From positions 1,632,001 to 1,696,000 of the forward strand of contig CBDIID010000003.1 of assembly GCA_965279515.1 (NCBI GenBank): 64,000 nt of DNA, written 5' to 3'. A model generated the notes under the pieces. That model did no database searches. It worked only from the letters and a program-made list of their open reading frames with translations, and was not told where the DNA came from. Each line of letters begins with the position of its first letter. Position 1 is the stretch's first letter. A program made the translations under genes and the position numbers. This stretch comes from Turneriella sp. (GTDB taxonomy: Bacteria > Spirochaetota > Leptospiria > Turneriellales > Turneriellaceae). Below, piece by piece: positions 10,595 to 20,146 of this stretch.

Positions 10595-11380
10595 ATGCCG
10601 CGCGCCGCCGCGCCCACAAACATACTCGGAAAACCAGCCCCTGTCATCGCCGAAAATGCGCTGAAGCTTGAAACACGCAATCTCGTGAAGGTATACGGTA
10701 AGCGCACCGTGGTGCGCAATGTATCCTTCAATGTGCGGCAGGGCGAAGTCGTCGGTATTCTCGGCCCCAATGGCGCGGGAAAGACGACATCATTCTATAT
10801 GACCATTGGTCTTGTGCGTCAATCGGGCGGGCAGGTTTTTATGGGCGGTGAAGATCTCACCAAGATGCCGATGTACCTGCGCGCACGCCGCGGCATCGGT
10901 TACCTTGCACAAGAGGCCTCGATCTTCCGCACGCTTTCGGTGCGCAAAAACATCGAAGCGATCTTCGAGCTGCGTGACTTCGATAAAGACAGAATCAAAA
11001 CAGAAACCGACAAACTGCTGAAAGAGCTTGAAATCGAACATGTGCAGAACCAAAATGGGATTACCCTCTCAGGGGGCGAAAGGCGCCGCGCCGAAATCGC
11101 ACGCGCGCTGGCTTCGGACCCCAAATTTCTGCTGCTGGACGAGCCTTTCGCAGGTGTCGACCCGATCGCCGTCAAAGAGATCCAGCGCGTGGTCTGGCAA
11201 TTGCAGCAGCGCGGGCTGGGCATCCTAATCACTGACCACAATGTGCGTGAAACTTTAAAGCTGACCGACCGCGCTTATATTATATTCCAGGGGCAGGTAC
11301 TGATTGAAGGCACCGCCGACGTGCTGATTAAAGACAAAAAAGCAAGGGAGATCTATCTTGGCGAAGACTTCAAAATCTGA
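10595..11380 (+). CDS. lptB: LPS export ABC transporter ATP-binding protein
   Basis: GPNGAGKTT, GYLAQEASIF, LSGGERRR, DEPFAGVDP, ITDHNVRETL; upstream of rpoN. Confidence 0.95.
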   Translation: MPRAAAPTNILGKPAPVIAENALKLETRNLVKVYGKRTVVRNVSFNVRQGEVVGILGPNGAGKTTSFYMTIGLVRQSGGQVFMGGEDLTKMPMYLRARRGIGYLAQEASIFRTLSVRKNIEAIFELRDFDKDRIKTETDKLLKELEIEHVQNQNGITLSGGERRRAEIARALASDPKFLLLDEPFAGVDPIAVKEIQRVVWQLQQRGLGILITDHNVRETLKLTDRAYIIFQGQVLIEGTADVLIKDKKAREIYLGEDFKI

Positions 11381-11433
11381 TTTGAACTTGCGGGGTTTTT
11401 AAGGGGTGCGCATCGCGCAGCGATTTTCAGAAT

Positions 11434-12774
11434 ATGCCGAAGACGCAATTAAAGCAGAACGTCTCCCTTAAGACCGGTGTCCGGCAAAAACTGCATGGCA
11501 CCTTAACCCACGCGGTCCAGTTATTATCCTTACCGCAGCATGAACTGCGCGAAGAGGTACTGCGCGTCATCGCTGAGAATCCCTTCGTCGAAGAAATCTC
11601 TTCGGGCGAGACACCGCCGGTAGGCGTTGGCGAAAGCAAAGATTTTATCACGAAGGCCCACATCGGCCTCCAGGAAAATCTGCTGCTGCAGCTCGTCGAC
11701 ATGGGCCTGCCCGATAAAATCTATGACCTCGCACGCATCGTGGTCTCGACGATCGACAATGACGGCTTTACGGCTTTCCCCCACCGCACCATCATCGCCG
11801 ACTATAATTTCACGACGCGCGACCTGCGGGCCTGCATCGAATACCTCAAACAGCTCGAACCCTGCGGCGTCGCCGCGGAAAATCTCTGGCAGAGCCTCAG
11901 ATGGCAGGCCGAGGTGCGTTACGGCAAAGATGAATTACTCTTCGATCTCATCGACATGCTGCATGAAGCGCGCGAAGGTTTATCGCGTTTCTCGCAGGCT
12001 GAAAAAAATTCACTCTGCGAGATCCTTGAAGTCGACGCTGAAACCCTTGACGCTAAAATTAAGCTCTTAACCGCGCTCGATCCACACCCGGTTAACCGCA
12101 GCGACGGCACTGCCGCCGAATGGGCGCTGCCCGAGATTTTTTTTGAAGTTAAAGAGAAACAAATCTACGTCAAGGTTTCGGACCAATACCTGCCGCGCTT
12201 CCGCGTAAACCACAAGCTCTACCAGCAGATGATGGGTAAAAAGAGCGCCACAGCGCCGGGAGGAGCCGCACCTGCAATAAGGGACGCGGGGCAGCAGGCA
12301 GAGTGGCAATCGACATACCAAACGGCGAAATCCCTGATCGAAACACTGACATTCCGCGCCGATACGCTGACACAGGTGGCAAAAATCATAGCGGTCAAAC
12401 AGTACGATTTCTTCACCAAAGGCTCGGCGTACATACGCACGATGAGCCTCAAAGATCTGGCGCAGGAAACCAAACGCCACGTTTCGACAATCAGCCGCAT
12501 TCTTAACCGCAAATATTTTCATTGCTCGTGGGGCATCTTTCCGCTGCGCTTGTTTCTCATGCGTCGCATCAAATCTTCTGATGGCCAGGAACGCAGCGCC
12601 GAAGATCTCAAAACAGCAATTCTGACGCTGCTGGCACAAGATTCAGAGCGCAAAAAATCAGACCGCGTCATCGCGGAGATTCTGGCGGAACAAGGCTTCG
12701 AAGTCAAACGCCGGACCGTGAATAAATACCGGCGGCTGATCCACCAGGGTTCGTCGCGCAAAAGAACCAAATGA
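11434..12774 (+). CDS. rpoN: RNA polymerase sigma-54 factor (divergent)
   Basis: Region I ...QLLSLP..EL...ENPF, HVSTISR HTH, RpoN box KRRTVNKYR; lptB-rpoN synteny. Confidence 0.9.
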   Translation: MPKTQLKQNVSLKTGVRQKLHGTLTHAVQLLSLPQHELREEVLRVIAENPFVEEISSGETPPVGVGESKDFITKAHIGLQENLLLQLVDMGLPDKIYDLARIVVSTIDNDGFTAFPHRTIIADYNFTTRDLRACIEYLKQLEPCGVAAENLWQSLRWQAEVRYGKDELLFDLIDMLHEAREGLSRFSQAEKNSLCEILEVDAETLDAKIKLLTALDPHPVNRSDGTAAEWALPEIFFEVKEKQIYVKVSDQYLPRFRVNHKLYQQMMGKKSATAPGGAAPAIRDAGQQAEWQSTYQTAKSLIETLTFRADTLTQVAKIIAVKQYDFFTKGSAYIRTMSLKDLAQETKRHVSTISRILNRKYFHCSWGIFPLRLFLMRRIKSSDGQERSAEDLKTAILTLLAQDSERKKSDRVIAEILAEQGFEVKRRTVNKYRRLIHQGSSRKRTK

Positions 12775-13889
12775 CAGTCCCCTTCAATAAGACCTATCTG
12801 ACCGGTCTTGAAAAGAAATACCTCGACGAAGTCCTGGAGTCCGGAAAATTTTCAGGCAACGGTGATTTCACTAAACGTTGCCAGGCGCACCTCGAAAAGA
12901 CCTACGGCTTCAGAAAAACCCTGCTGACGACATCGTGCACCGACGCATTGGAGCTCGCCTCACTGCTTATCGATCTGAAGCCCGGTGACGAGGTCATATT
13001 GCCCTCTTACACATTTGTCTCAACCGCAAATGCATTCGCCCTGCGCGGTGCGAAACTTGTTTTCGCAGACAGCCGTGCTGATCACCCCAACCTCGATGCA
13101 GAAAAACTCGAGCCTCTCATGAACAAACGCACGCGGGCTATTGTGCCCGTGCATTACGGCGGGCAGGCCTGCGATATGGCGCGTATCATGGCATTGGCCG
13201 ATCAGCGCAAACTTTGGGTGATCGAAGACGCGGCGCAGGCCATCGACTCAGCTTACGGAGAGAAATACCTGGGCGGTGTCGGGCACTTGGGCGCCTTTTC
13301 TTTCCACGATACGAAAAACATTTCGGGCGGCGAAGGCGGCGCGCTTGCCATCAACCACGAGGCATTCGTCAAACGCGCCGAGATTCTCTGGGAAAAGGGC
13401 ACCAACCGCAGCGCCTTTTTCCGCGGTGAGGTCGATAAATACGGCTGGGTCGATGTCGGCTCATCATTTCTGCCTTCTGAACTTATTGCAGCTTTTCTGT
13501 TCGGGCAACTCGAAAAAACCGCTGAAATCCAGAAGATGCGCGTCGCGGCGTGGAATGAATACCGCCGCAACCTTGCAGTATTAGAACAGAAAGAAATCCT
13601 ACTGATGCCGGATGTATCTCATAACGCACATCTCTTTTATCTGGTTTGTCGCGGCTTAGACGAGCGCACAAAACTGATCGCTCACTTAAAAGCAAATGGG
13701 ATCGCCTCGGTGTTTCACTATCTCTCGCTGCATAAGAGTCCGTATTTTGCGGATAAGCATGATGGGCGAGAACTCGCGAACGCGGACCGTTTTACCGACT
13801 GCCTGCTGCGGTTACCGATGTATGCGGAGCTCGAAACCAGCACCGTAAATAAAATCTGCGACCTGATTCTTTCGTTCTACAAGGCGTGA
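12771..13889 (+). CDS. wecE: dTDP-4-amino-4,6-dideoxygalactose transaminase (DegT/RffA family)
   Basis: PSYTFVSTANAF, EDAAQ, SFHDTKN, EKGTNR motifs. Confidence 0.88.
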   Translation: MTVPFNKTYLTGLEKKYLDEVLESGKFSGNGDFTKRCQAHLEKTYGFRKTLLTTSCTDALELASLLIDLKPGDEVILPSYTFVSTANAFALRGAKLVFADSRADHPNLDAEKLEPLMNKRTRAIVPVHYGGQACDMARIMALADQRKLWVIEDAAQAIDSAYGEKYLGGVGHLGAFSFHDTKNISGGEGGALAINHEAFVKRAEILWEKGTNRSAFFRGEVDKYGWVDVGSSFLPSELIAAFLFGQLEKTAEIQKMRVAAWNEYRRNLAVLEQKEILLMPDVSHNAHLFYLVCRGLDERTKLIAHLKANGIASVFHYLSLHKSPYFADKHDGRELANADRFTDCLLRLPMYAELETSTVNKICDLILSFYKA

Positions 13890-13896
13890 TTTTTTA

Positions 13897-13925
13897 TTGA
13901 CCTCGTATATATTCGACTTTATATT
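13897..13925 (+). promoter_or_regulatory. sigma70-type promoter with TATATTCG/CGTATAT direct repeats (probable TA operator; leaderless mRNA)
   Basis: TTGACC-N17-TATATT, 7 nt before ATG 13933, no SD. Confidence 0.7.
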
Positions 13926-13932
13926 CGTATAT

Positions 13933-14166
13933 ATGAAAACCTTGGTAGATATCCCCGTCGGGGCATTACAAGAAGTGCAGAAAATCTATCACCTGAAGAC
14001 CAAAAAGGCCGCGATCGAGTTTGCTTTGAATGAAGTGATTCGTATGAAAAAACTTCGCGACCTCGCCGAATTATCAGGGACGTTCAAAGACAGCGAAATT
14101 ATGTCGCAGGCCGAACTAAAGAAGATGAGGCGCCTTGATACTTCTCGAATCTTCAGCATTCATTGA
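13933..14166 (+). CDS. vapB: VapB-family antitoxin
   Basis: MKTLVDIP...KTKKAAIEFALNE pattern; overlaps a PIN gene. Confidence 0.85.
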   Translation: MKTLVDIPVGALQEVQKIYHLKTKKAAIEFALNEVIRMKKLRDLAELSGTFKDSEIMSQAELKKMRRLDTSRIFSIH

Positions 14167-14524
14167 AAATCTGCGCGAAAACGGCCGCCGTGACATAAAA
14201 GCAAGGGTTAAGGCCGCGCTGCTCAACTCCAAGGCCGCTCTCTGCGAACCGGTGTTGCTTGAGCTCTGGGGAGGCTGCAAAGCAGGCAAAGAGGCAAAAG
14301 TCCTGAAAGCCTTTGAGTCCACTTTACCAATGCTCGAATGCGATGCGCTCGTGTGGCATCACGCCCGGAATAATGCGAGGCTTTTCCGGGCTAAAGGTTT
14401 CACCTTTTCGAATTTTGATATTTTGATTTTTTCGATCGCGCTGCGCCACAACGCCGGCATCATTGCCGTCGACAAAGCCTATGCGCAAATGCGCGATACG
14501 CTCCGAAAGGCTACCTTAGGTTGA
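14135..14524 (+). CDS. vapC: VapC PIN-domain toxin
   Basis: MILLESSAFI, LLELWGG, FDILI, AVDK; first PIN acid is Glu rather than Asp. Confidence 0.85.
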   Translation: MILLESSAFIENLRENGRRDIKARVKAALLNSKAALCEPVLLELWGGCKAGKEAKVLKAFESTLPMLECDALVWHHARNNARLFRAKGFTFSNFDILIFSIALRHNAGIIAVDKAYAQMRDTLRKATLG

Positions 14525-16946
14525 AGCCGGCCTTTTGCATTTTGCCGATCAGGCCGTCCTGAAGCTTCTTGATCTCATCGCCGGCAAGCGTGCGCGTGGG
14601 GTTTCTCCACGTGGCGCGCACCGATACCGCTTTTTCGTCGGGCTTCAGATTGCCACCAGTAAAGGTGCTCAGGTGTTCGAAGGAAACCAGAACAGTTTTG
14701 TCGAGATCACGGCGCACCAGGGGGTCTGGAAAACCTGCTGCCTTTAAAAGCATGGCAAACTCAGCGCGCTGCGGCATGACAAGCGTCAGCTCAAACTCGA
14801 CGGCCGGGTATGTGAAAGGTGAACGGTATGCCGAAGATTTGCCTTTAAGCGCGAGTAAGTCTTTCAACAAGGCGTCGAAATAATAGACCCGCTCCTTAAT
14901 GCCATACGCCGCAAGAATACGCGGATGCACCTCGCCGAAACGGAAGATTTGTTTCTCTTTGTTTCCCGCGGCACCCGAGCGACCGGGGTGAAAAATAGCG
15001 TCCGGTGCGTTCCCGAATGTCTGCTCATGGCGCCCCAGTCCACAAAAGGCCAGTATCTCACCGACCATTGCCGAGACACCGGCAAGCGCGGCTTCTGCAT
15101 CTTCGGCAGAAGTAATAGCGCCGGCAAAGAAATACTCTTCGCCGCGCGCCAGCTTATCTTCGGCAGGTTTCAGGAAAATTTTTTCAATTTCGAAAAGCCG
15201 GGTATTTTTATCTTCGCGGTAGTTCCCTTGCACGGCGCGCAAAAGACCGGGCAGCGGTGAAATGCGCAGGTGGTCGAGGTCGCTGTTCAGTGCATTCTGC
15301 ATCTTCAGCACTTCACTGGCCTTAGCAAAGTGCTCGTCGCTCTGGATATCAGCGGCGCTGTGAAACGCGTAACTCAGGGATTCGTTGAGTTGCAAACGGC
15401 CGGCCGCCAGCGCCCTCAGGTTATGCTCGAGCGCGCGCAGATCGTTTTTCGCACGCGGGGTTTCACAAGCAACGAGCGCAGGTTCGATGTTGATTTCTTT
15501 ATACCCGATAAAGCGGCCGATCTCTTCGACCAAATCTTCGGCGCGCGTGATATCATACCACTTGCGGTAGTCGGGCGGAGTGACAACCAGGACATCACCC
15601 GACTCTTCTACCTTAAAATTCAGGCGGCGCAGAATATCGGCATTCGAGGCCGGGCGATGAGCGATCTTGCCCAATTTCTGATCGATGAAGGCATTTGTGG
15701 CGTGAATGGTTTCCGTCTTCGTAAAATCCTCGGTCGACACTTCATGGATTTCCGAGAGTTGGATGTCCCTCTGTTCTTCGGCCAGTAATTCCGCAAAGCG
15801 GTAGATCGCCGCCTTAGCCTTCGCGGGGTTCTGCGCCTTCTCAAAGCGCTGCGACGAATCGCTGCGGATGCCTGTCTTCGCCACTGTGCGCCGTATTTCA
15901 GAACGCGGGAACGTGGCCGACTCGAGAAAGAGTTTCGCCGTCGCCGTAGTCGTGGACGAACCCGCACCACCCATGACGCCAGCAAGCGCGACGGCCTTTT
16001 CACCGTCGCGTATCAGGATCAGGTTTTCAGGTAGCGTATGCTCAGTGCCGTCAAGGAGCGCAATCTTTTCATTGGCTTTGGAATAACTGACGCGCACAGG
16101 ACCTGAGATTTTGTCACGGTCGAAGGCATGGTTCGGTTGACCGATCTCGAAGAGCACATAGTTTGAAAGATCGACAATATTGCTGATCGGCTTTTGCCCG
16201 ATCGAAAGCAGGCGCATCTGCCGCGCAATTGGCGACGGCGCAACTTTGAAACCCAAAATTTCCGCACCGCAGTAAGTGATGGCGCTTTGTTTTTCAATTT
16301 CAATCTTGGGCAGGGAAGACGAAGCGACAGTTTTAAAAGTTGCTTCTTCGGGGTTTTTCTTCAGGGGTTTGCCCAAAAGCGCGGCAATCTCGCGCGCAAA
16401 ACCAAAATGACACCACAGGTCCGGGCGGTGTGTGATTGATTTATTATCGATATCGAATATGACATCCGCGGCGCCGAAATAATCCGAAAGCGGTGCACCC
16501 ACTTTCCAGTCATCGGGCAGCAGCATGAGGCCGTCGATCTTTGCGGGCGCATAATCGAGCTGTGTAATGCCCAGCTCATTGCCTGAACAGAGCATGCCGA
16601 AACTTTCCACGCCGCGCAGCTTCGCCTTTGTCATTTCGCGGCCGTCAGGCAATTTGACACCGACGAGCGCAACGGGGAATTTTTTTCCCTGTTCGACATT
16701 CGCTGCACCGGTGACGATCTGCACCACTTCTTTGCCGGTATTCACCTTGCAGATTTTGAGTTTATCGGCGTCGGGGTGCTTCGAGAGTTCATCGATGTGC
16801 GCCACGGGAATCTTTGCGAGGTGGCCCATAAAATCTTCGAAACCTTCGACCTCGCAGGTCTTCATCGTCAAGAGATCGGCCAAATCTTTCGGCGCGACGG
16901 TTGAGAGATCGACGAATTCGTTTAACCAATTGAATGAGAGCTTCAT
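14511..16946 (-). CDS. pheT: phenylalanyl-tRNA synthetase beta subunit
   Basis: HPDADKL, LRGVESFGMLCS, THRPDL, DLVEEIGR motifs; coupled to pheS. Confidence 0.97.
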   Translation of the reverse strand: MKLSFNWLNEFVDLSTVAPKDLADLLTMKTCEVEGFEDFMGHLAKIPVAHIDELSKHPDADKLKICKVNTGKEVVQIVTGAANVEQGKKFPVALVGVKLPDGREMTKAKLRGVESFGMLCSGNELGITQLDYAPAKIDGLMLLPDDWKVGAPLSDYFGAADVIFDIDNKSITHRPDLWCHFGFAREIAALLGKPLKKNPEEATFKTVASSSLPKIEIEKQSAITYCGAEILGFKVAPSPIARQMRLLSIGQKPISNIVDLSNYVLFEIGQPNHAFDRDKISGPVRVSYSKANEKIALLDGTEHTLPENLILIRDGEKAVALAGVMGGAGSSTTTATAKLFLESATFPRSEIRRTVAKTGIRSDSSQRFEKAQNPAKAKAAIYRFAELLAEEQRDIQLSEIHEVSTEDFTKTETIHATNAFIDQKLGKIAHRPASNADILRRLNFKVEESGDVLVVTPPDYRKWYDITRAEDLVEEIGRFIGYKEINIEPALVACETPRAKNDLRALEHNLRALAAGRLQLNESLSYAFHSAADIQSDEHFAKASEVLKMQNALNSDLDHLRISPLPGLLRAVQGNYREDKNTRLFEIEKIFLKPAEDKLARGEEYFFAGAITSAEDAEAALAGVSAMVGEILAFCGLGRHEQTFGNAPDAIFHPGRSGAAGNKEKQIFRFGEVHPRILAAYGIKERVYYFDALLKDLLALKGKSSAYRSPFTYPAVEFELTLVMPQRAEFAMLLKAAGFPDPLVRRDLDKTVLVSFEHLSTFTGGNLKPDEKAVSVRATWRNPTRTLAGDEIKKLQDGLIGKMQKAGFNLR

Positions 16947-17998
16947 TAGAACTGCCTCAGAAAGTCGAGTTTACTGGCCATAAAATGGCGGATGTCTTCA
17001 ATGCCGTGCTGCATCATCACAAGACGGTTGAGACCTAACCCAAAAGCGGCGCCCTGCCATTCTTCGGGGTTGAGGCCGACATTTTTCAGAACATTGGGGT
17101 GCACGAGACCGCAAGGCAAGACTTCAACCCAGCCCGAATGTTTGCAGACAGGGCAACCCGAGCCGTTGCAGACTAAACATTTCATATCGAGCTCAAATCC
17201 GGGCTCGACGAACGGAAAATAACCGGGTCTGAGGCGGACATCCACCTCGCGCCCGAAGACTTCTGTCAACAATGTCTGCATGAGATGCAGAAGATTGCCG
17301 ACCGAAACCTTGCGATCGATGATCATACCTTCCATCTGGTAAAAAGTATGCTCGTGTGACGCATCGACTTCTTCATAACGGAAGACACGGCCCGGTGCGA
17401 TGATGCGCAGAGGCGGTTTCATCTTCTCAAGCGCGCGGATCTGCACTGTGGAAGTATGTGTGCGCAGCAGATGCCCGGTTACCGTGTAGAATGTATCTTG
17501 CATATCACGCGCGGGATGGTCGTCGGTAAAATTCAGCGCGCCGAAATTATGGTAATCGTCTTCGACCTGCGGCCCATCGACGATCGAAAACCCCATTGAG
17601 GTAAATATTTCTTCGAGTTTCTTTTGCGTCTGCGTGATCGGGTGAATATGCCCCGAGTGCACGGCACCTGTTTTGACGGCCGCAAATTCAGATGGCGTTA
17701 CAGACAAATCGATGAATTCAGTTTCAGCGAGACTGGCAAATTTCGCCTCAGCGAGCGTAGCTTCTTTAGCCGCCAAAAGTGCTTCGAGTTTTGCCTTAAA
17801 TGCATTCGCGGCCTTACCCACAGCGCCGCGCTCTTCGGCAGTGAGCGACCCCAGCTGTTTCATCACACCGGTGAGCGCACCTTTTTTGCCGATGAAGTCC
17901 TGGGTGACTGCTTGCAGAGCCTCGCCCGATGCAGCTGCGGCAATGGCCTCGGCCGCTTTCGGTTCGAGGGCGTTAATTTCGGCGATTAAATCGGCCAT
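16946..17998 (-). CDS. pheS: phenylalanyl-tRNA synthetase alpha subunit
   Basis: HPARDMQDTF, LRTHTS, YFPFVEP motifs. Confidence 0.98.
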   Translation of the reverse strand: MADLIAEINALEPKAAEAIAAAASGEALQAVTQDFIGKKGALTGVMKQLGSLTAEERGAVGKAANAFKAKLEALLAAKEATLAEAKFASLAETEFIDLSVTPSEFAAVKTGAVHSGHIHPITQTQKKLEEIFTSMGFSIVDGPQVEDDYHNFGALNFTDDHPARDMQDTFYTVTGHLLRTHTSTVQIRALEKMKPPLRIIAPGRVFRYEEVDASHEHTFYQMEGMIIDRKVSVGNLLHLMQTLLTEVFGREVDVRLRPGYFPFVEPGFELDMKCLVCNGSGCPVCKHSGWVEVLPCGLVHPNVLKNVGLNPEEWQGAAFGLGLNRLVMMQHGIEDIRHFMASKLDFLRQF

Positions 17999-18071
17999 GG
18001 GCCCCGATAGAACAGGGATTTAAGACACCGCGTCAAACTTCCTTAGTTATGCGGGGGTAACAAAAATTTGG

Positions 18072-18099
18072 CGTACGTTTTAAACTTTATTAACGTACG
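18072..18099. promoter_or_regulatory. inverted-repeat operator of the TA operon
   Basis: CGTACGTT-N12-AACGTACG ending 3 nt before ATG 18103. Confidence 0.65.
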
Positions 18100-18102
18100 T
18101 AC

Positions 18103-18333
18103 ATGATTAATGTCACTGAGTTACGGCAAGACATCTACCACAAATTCGACGAAGTCATTGCCAAACAAGAGCCCCTGCTGATCGACCGAAAAGGGCATAT
18201 TCTGAAAATCGTTCCGCTCGGGCGCAATTCGCGTATTGCATCGCTCGAGCCACAAGAGCTGGTCGTGGGCGATATCGACGATCTGATTCACATGGATTGG
18301 TCTGAGACCTGGTCTGAAACCCAGAAACCCTAA
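18103..18333 (+). CDS. Phd/YefM-family antitoxin
   Basis: MINVTELRQDIY...EPLLIDRKG pattern. Confidence 0.85.
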   Translation: MINVTELRQDIYHKFDEVIAKQEPLLIDRKGHILKIVPLGRNSRIASLEPQELVVGDIDDLIHMDWSETWSETQKP

Positions 18334-18710
18334 TGGCAATCTATCTCGATACCCATGCGGTGATTTTCCTCTACACAGGCCAGGTACAAAAGCTGTCGGC
18401 CCGTGTGCATGAGCTTCTGGAAAGTGAAGAAATCCGCATATCGCCGATGGTTTATCTCGAATTGCAATACCTGCACGAAATCGGGCGCCTTACCCAAGGC
18501 CCGGAAAAGGTTTTTACCTACCTTGAGGCCCGTATCGACCTCAAGCTCTGTGGCCTGCCTTTTCCGCGGGTGGCGCAGTTTGCTGCACGCGAGGGCTGGA
18601 CACGGGACCCCTTTGACCGCATGATTGTCGCGCAGGCACGGCTGGGCGAGCACCGGCTGATTTCTAAAGATGAAATAATCCTCAAAAACTATAACCAGGC
18701 GCTGAATTAG
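18333..18710 (+). CDS. vapC: VapC PIN-domain toxin
   Basis: YLDTH, LELQYL, RDPFDRMIVAQA, LISKD. Confidence 0.92.
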   Translation: MAIYLDTHAVIFLYTGQVQKLSARVHELLESEEIRISPMVYLELQYLHEIGRLTQGPEKVFTYLEARIDLKLCGLPFPRVAQFAAREGWTRDPFDRMIVAQARLGEHRLISKDEIILKNYNQALN

Positions 18711-18921
18711 GCCAAGGCCTGATTTTATTGGGGGAAATCCTGGCGCTCATGCCAATGCGTCATAAATCTTGGTGCACCACACCATAAACTGATTGACGGC
18801 ATGTTGCGGTTATAGAAAATCCCGCTAATGGTGCGCCGCACTACTGACGACAAATCGAGTGTGAGCACAAGGTTTGCGCCATGATGCACTTTGTATGCAG
18901 CGCAGACCAGAGGAGGAAATT

Positions 18922-19581
18922 ATGAAAGCTAAACAAGCCAACAAACCTCAACCGAGCATAAAATTTATCAAACGCCCCGCCATGTTTTTCGCGGGCTTCG
19001 CATCCATTGCTGTCGCTGCATCGCTATTTGCGGCCTACCCGAAATGGCACCAGCAAGAGACCGAGAACTGGGTCTATTCCTATGTCACCGATCATTTCCC
19101 CGGTAAAGGGGTCGAAAACCTGCAAAAGCTCGCGCAGATTATTTTCCGCGAATCGGCGAAGATCCGCCTCGATAAGGCGTCCGACGGCTCAAAATACGAT
19201 AAGGCCGCCCTGCTTTTGGGAGTGATCCAGACCGAGAGCGAATTCAACCGTAAGGCGCGCTCACCCGTCGGTGCCCGTGGTTTTATGCAGCTGATGCCTG
19301 CAACGGCTGCGCTCTTAAAAGGCCGGCGCCTGTCGCAAGAAGAGATCGTCGATGCCGAGACCAATATCACGCTGGGCGTGCGCTACATCAACGAGATGAT
19401 CCGCGAGATGGGCAGTGTCGAAAAGGCCCTGCTCGCCTACAATGCCGGCCCGGGCGCGGTACGCCGCTGGGGCGGAGTGCCTGCGTATTACGACCATGTC
19501 GTCGCCGGTCACAATAAGTTCCTCGCCTACCGCACCGAAGGCAGAAACGCCCGGCTGGTGCTTGCGCAGCTGGCGGACTAG
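18922..19581 (+). CDS. lytic transglycosylase (SLT domain)
   Basis: TESEFN, SPVGARGFMQLMP, AYNAGPG; GAGGAGG RBS before ATG 18922. Confidence 0.92.
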   Translation: MKAKQANKPQPSIKFIKRPAMFFAGFASIAVAASLFAAYPKWHQQETENWVYSYVTDHFPGKGVENLQKLAQIIFRESAKIRLDKASDGSKYDKAALLLGVIQTESEFNRKARSPVGARGFMQLMPATAALLKGRRLSQEEIVDAETNITLGVRYINEMIREMGSVEKALLAYNAGPGAVRRWGGVPAYYDHVVAGHNKFLAYRTEGRNARLVLAQLAD

Positions 19582-20104
19582 TCTTTCTCCCCGGGGCTGG
19601 GGGAGAGGGCTTTCTCATACACCCAAAACTGCCGTCCCATCCGTTCCCAATCACGGGTGGGATTTCTCCCGTAACCTAACTTGGTATAGAGCTTGTGCGC
19701 GGCTGTCATCATCGGCTGCGTCGACAACACCGCTTTTGGAAATCCGTCCACGAGCGCCTGTGCTTCAAAGCTGCGGCACAATGCTTCGGCAATTCCGTGG
19801 CCGCGTGCCGCCGGTAACACGCCCAACAGCTGCATCTCGGCCTCTTCTACGGTCGCCACCTGCTTATAGGGATTCTGCGCTGTGCCGACGATGATCATGC
19901 CGATGACGTTTTTTTCCGCGCTCAGCGCAAGAAAGATCTTGCCGCGCTTTTGATTTCCGCACTGGCAAAGGCCGTCGGCACCACTGCGGGGGGCGTGAAG
20001 CCGGCATCGACATAGACAGCCCTGAGCAGAGCGGAAATTTCAGCATCAAAACGGTTTTCTTTTTCGTCGCAGGCAATAATTTCAAACACGGGCAAAAACC
20101 TCAC
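19578..20104 (-). pseudogene. GNAT acetyltransferase split by a 1-nt frameshift (or sequencing error)
   Basis: ORFs 19922-20104 and 19578-19898 join if one base is added to the T-run at 19948-19951; ARGHGIA acetyl-CoA motif. Confidence 0.8.
19584..19609. repeat. TCTCCCC..GGGGAGA hairpin (REP-like / bidirectional terminator) at convergent gene ends
   Basis: TTTCTCCCC-GGGGCTG-GGGGAGAGG. Confidence 0.5.
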
Positions 20105-20146
20105 AGCGAAACGCGGGAGCGAACAGTTTTTGCCAAGCGCCAGGAC

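Noticed and set aside
12245..12300. Ala/Gly-rich segment in rpoN as another GGA-loop insertion
   Set aside because: Only a weak 5-bp stem around AATAAGGGAC; not enough support.
18860..18878. AGCACAAGGTTTGC as a sigma54 promoter for the SLT gene
   Set aside because: Lacks the invariant GG at -24; better explained by the leader hairpins.
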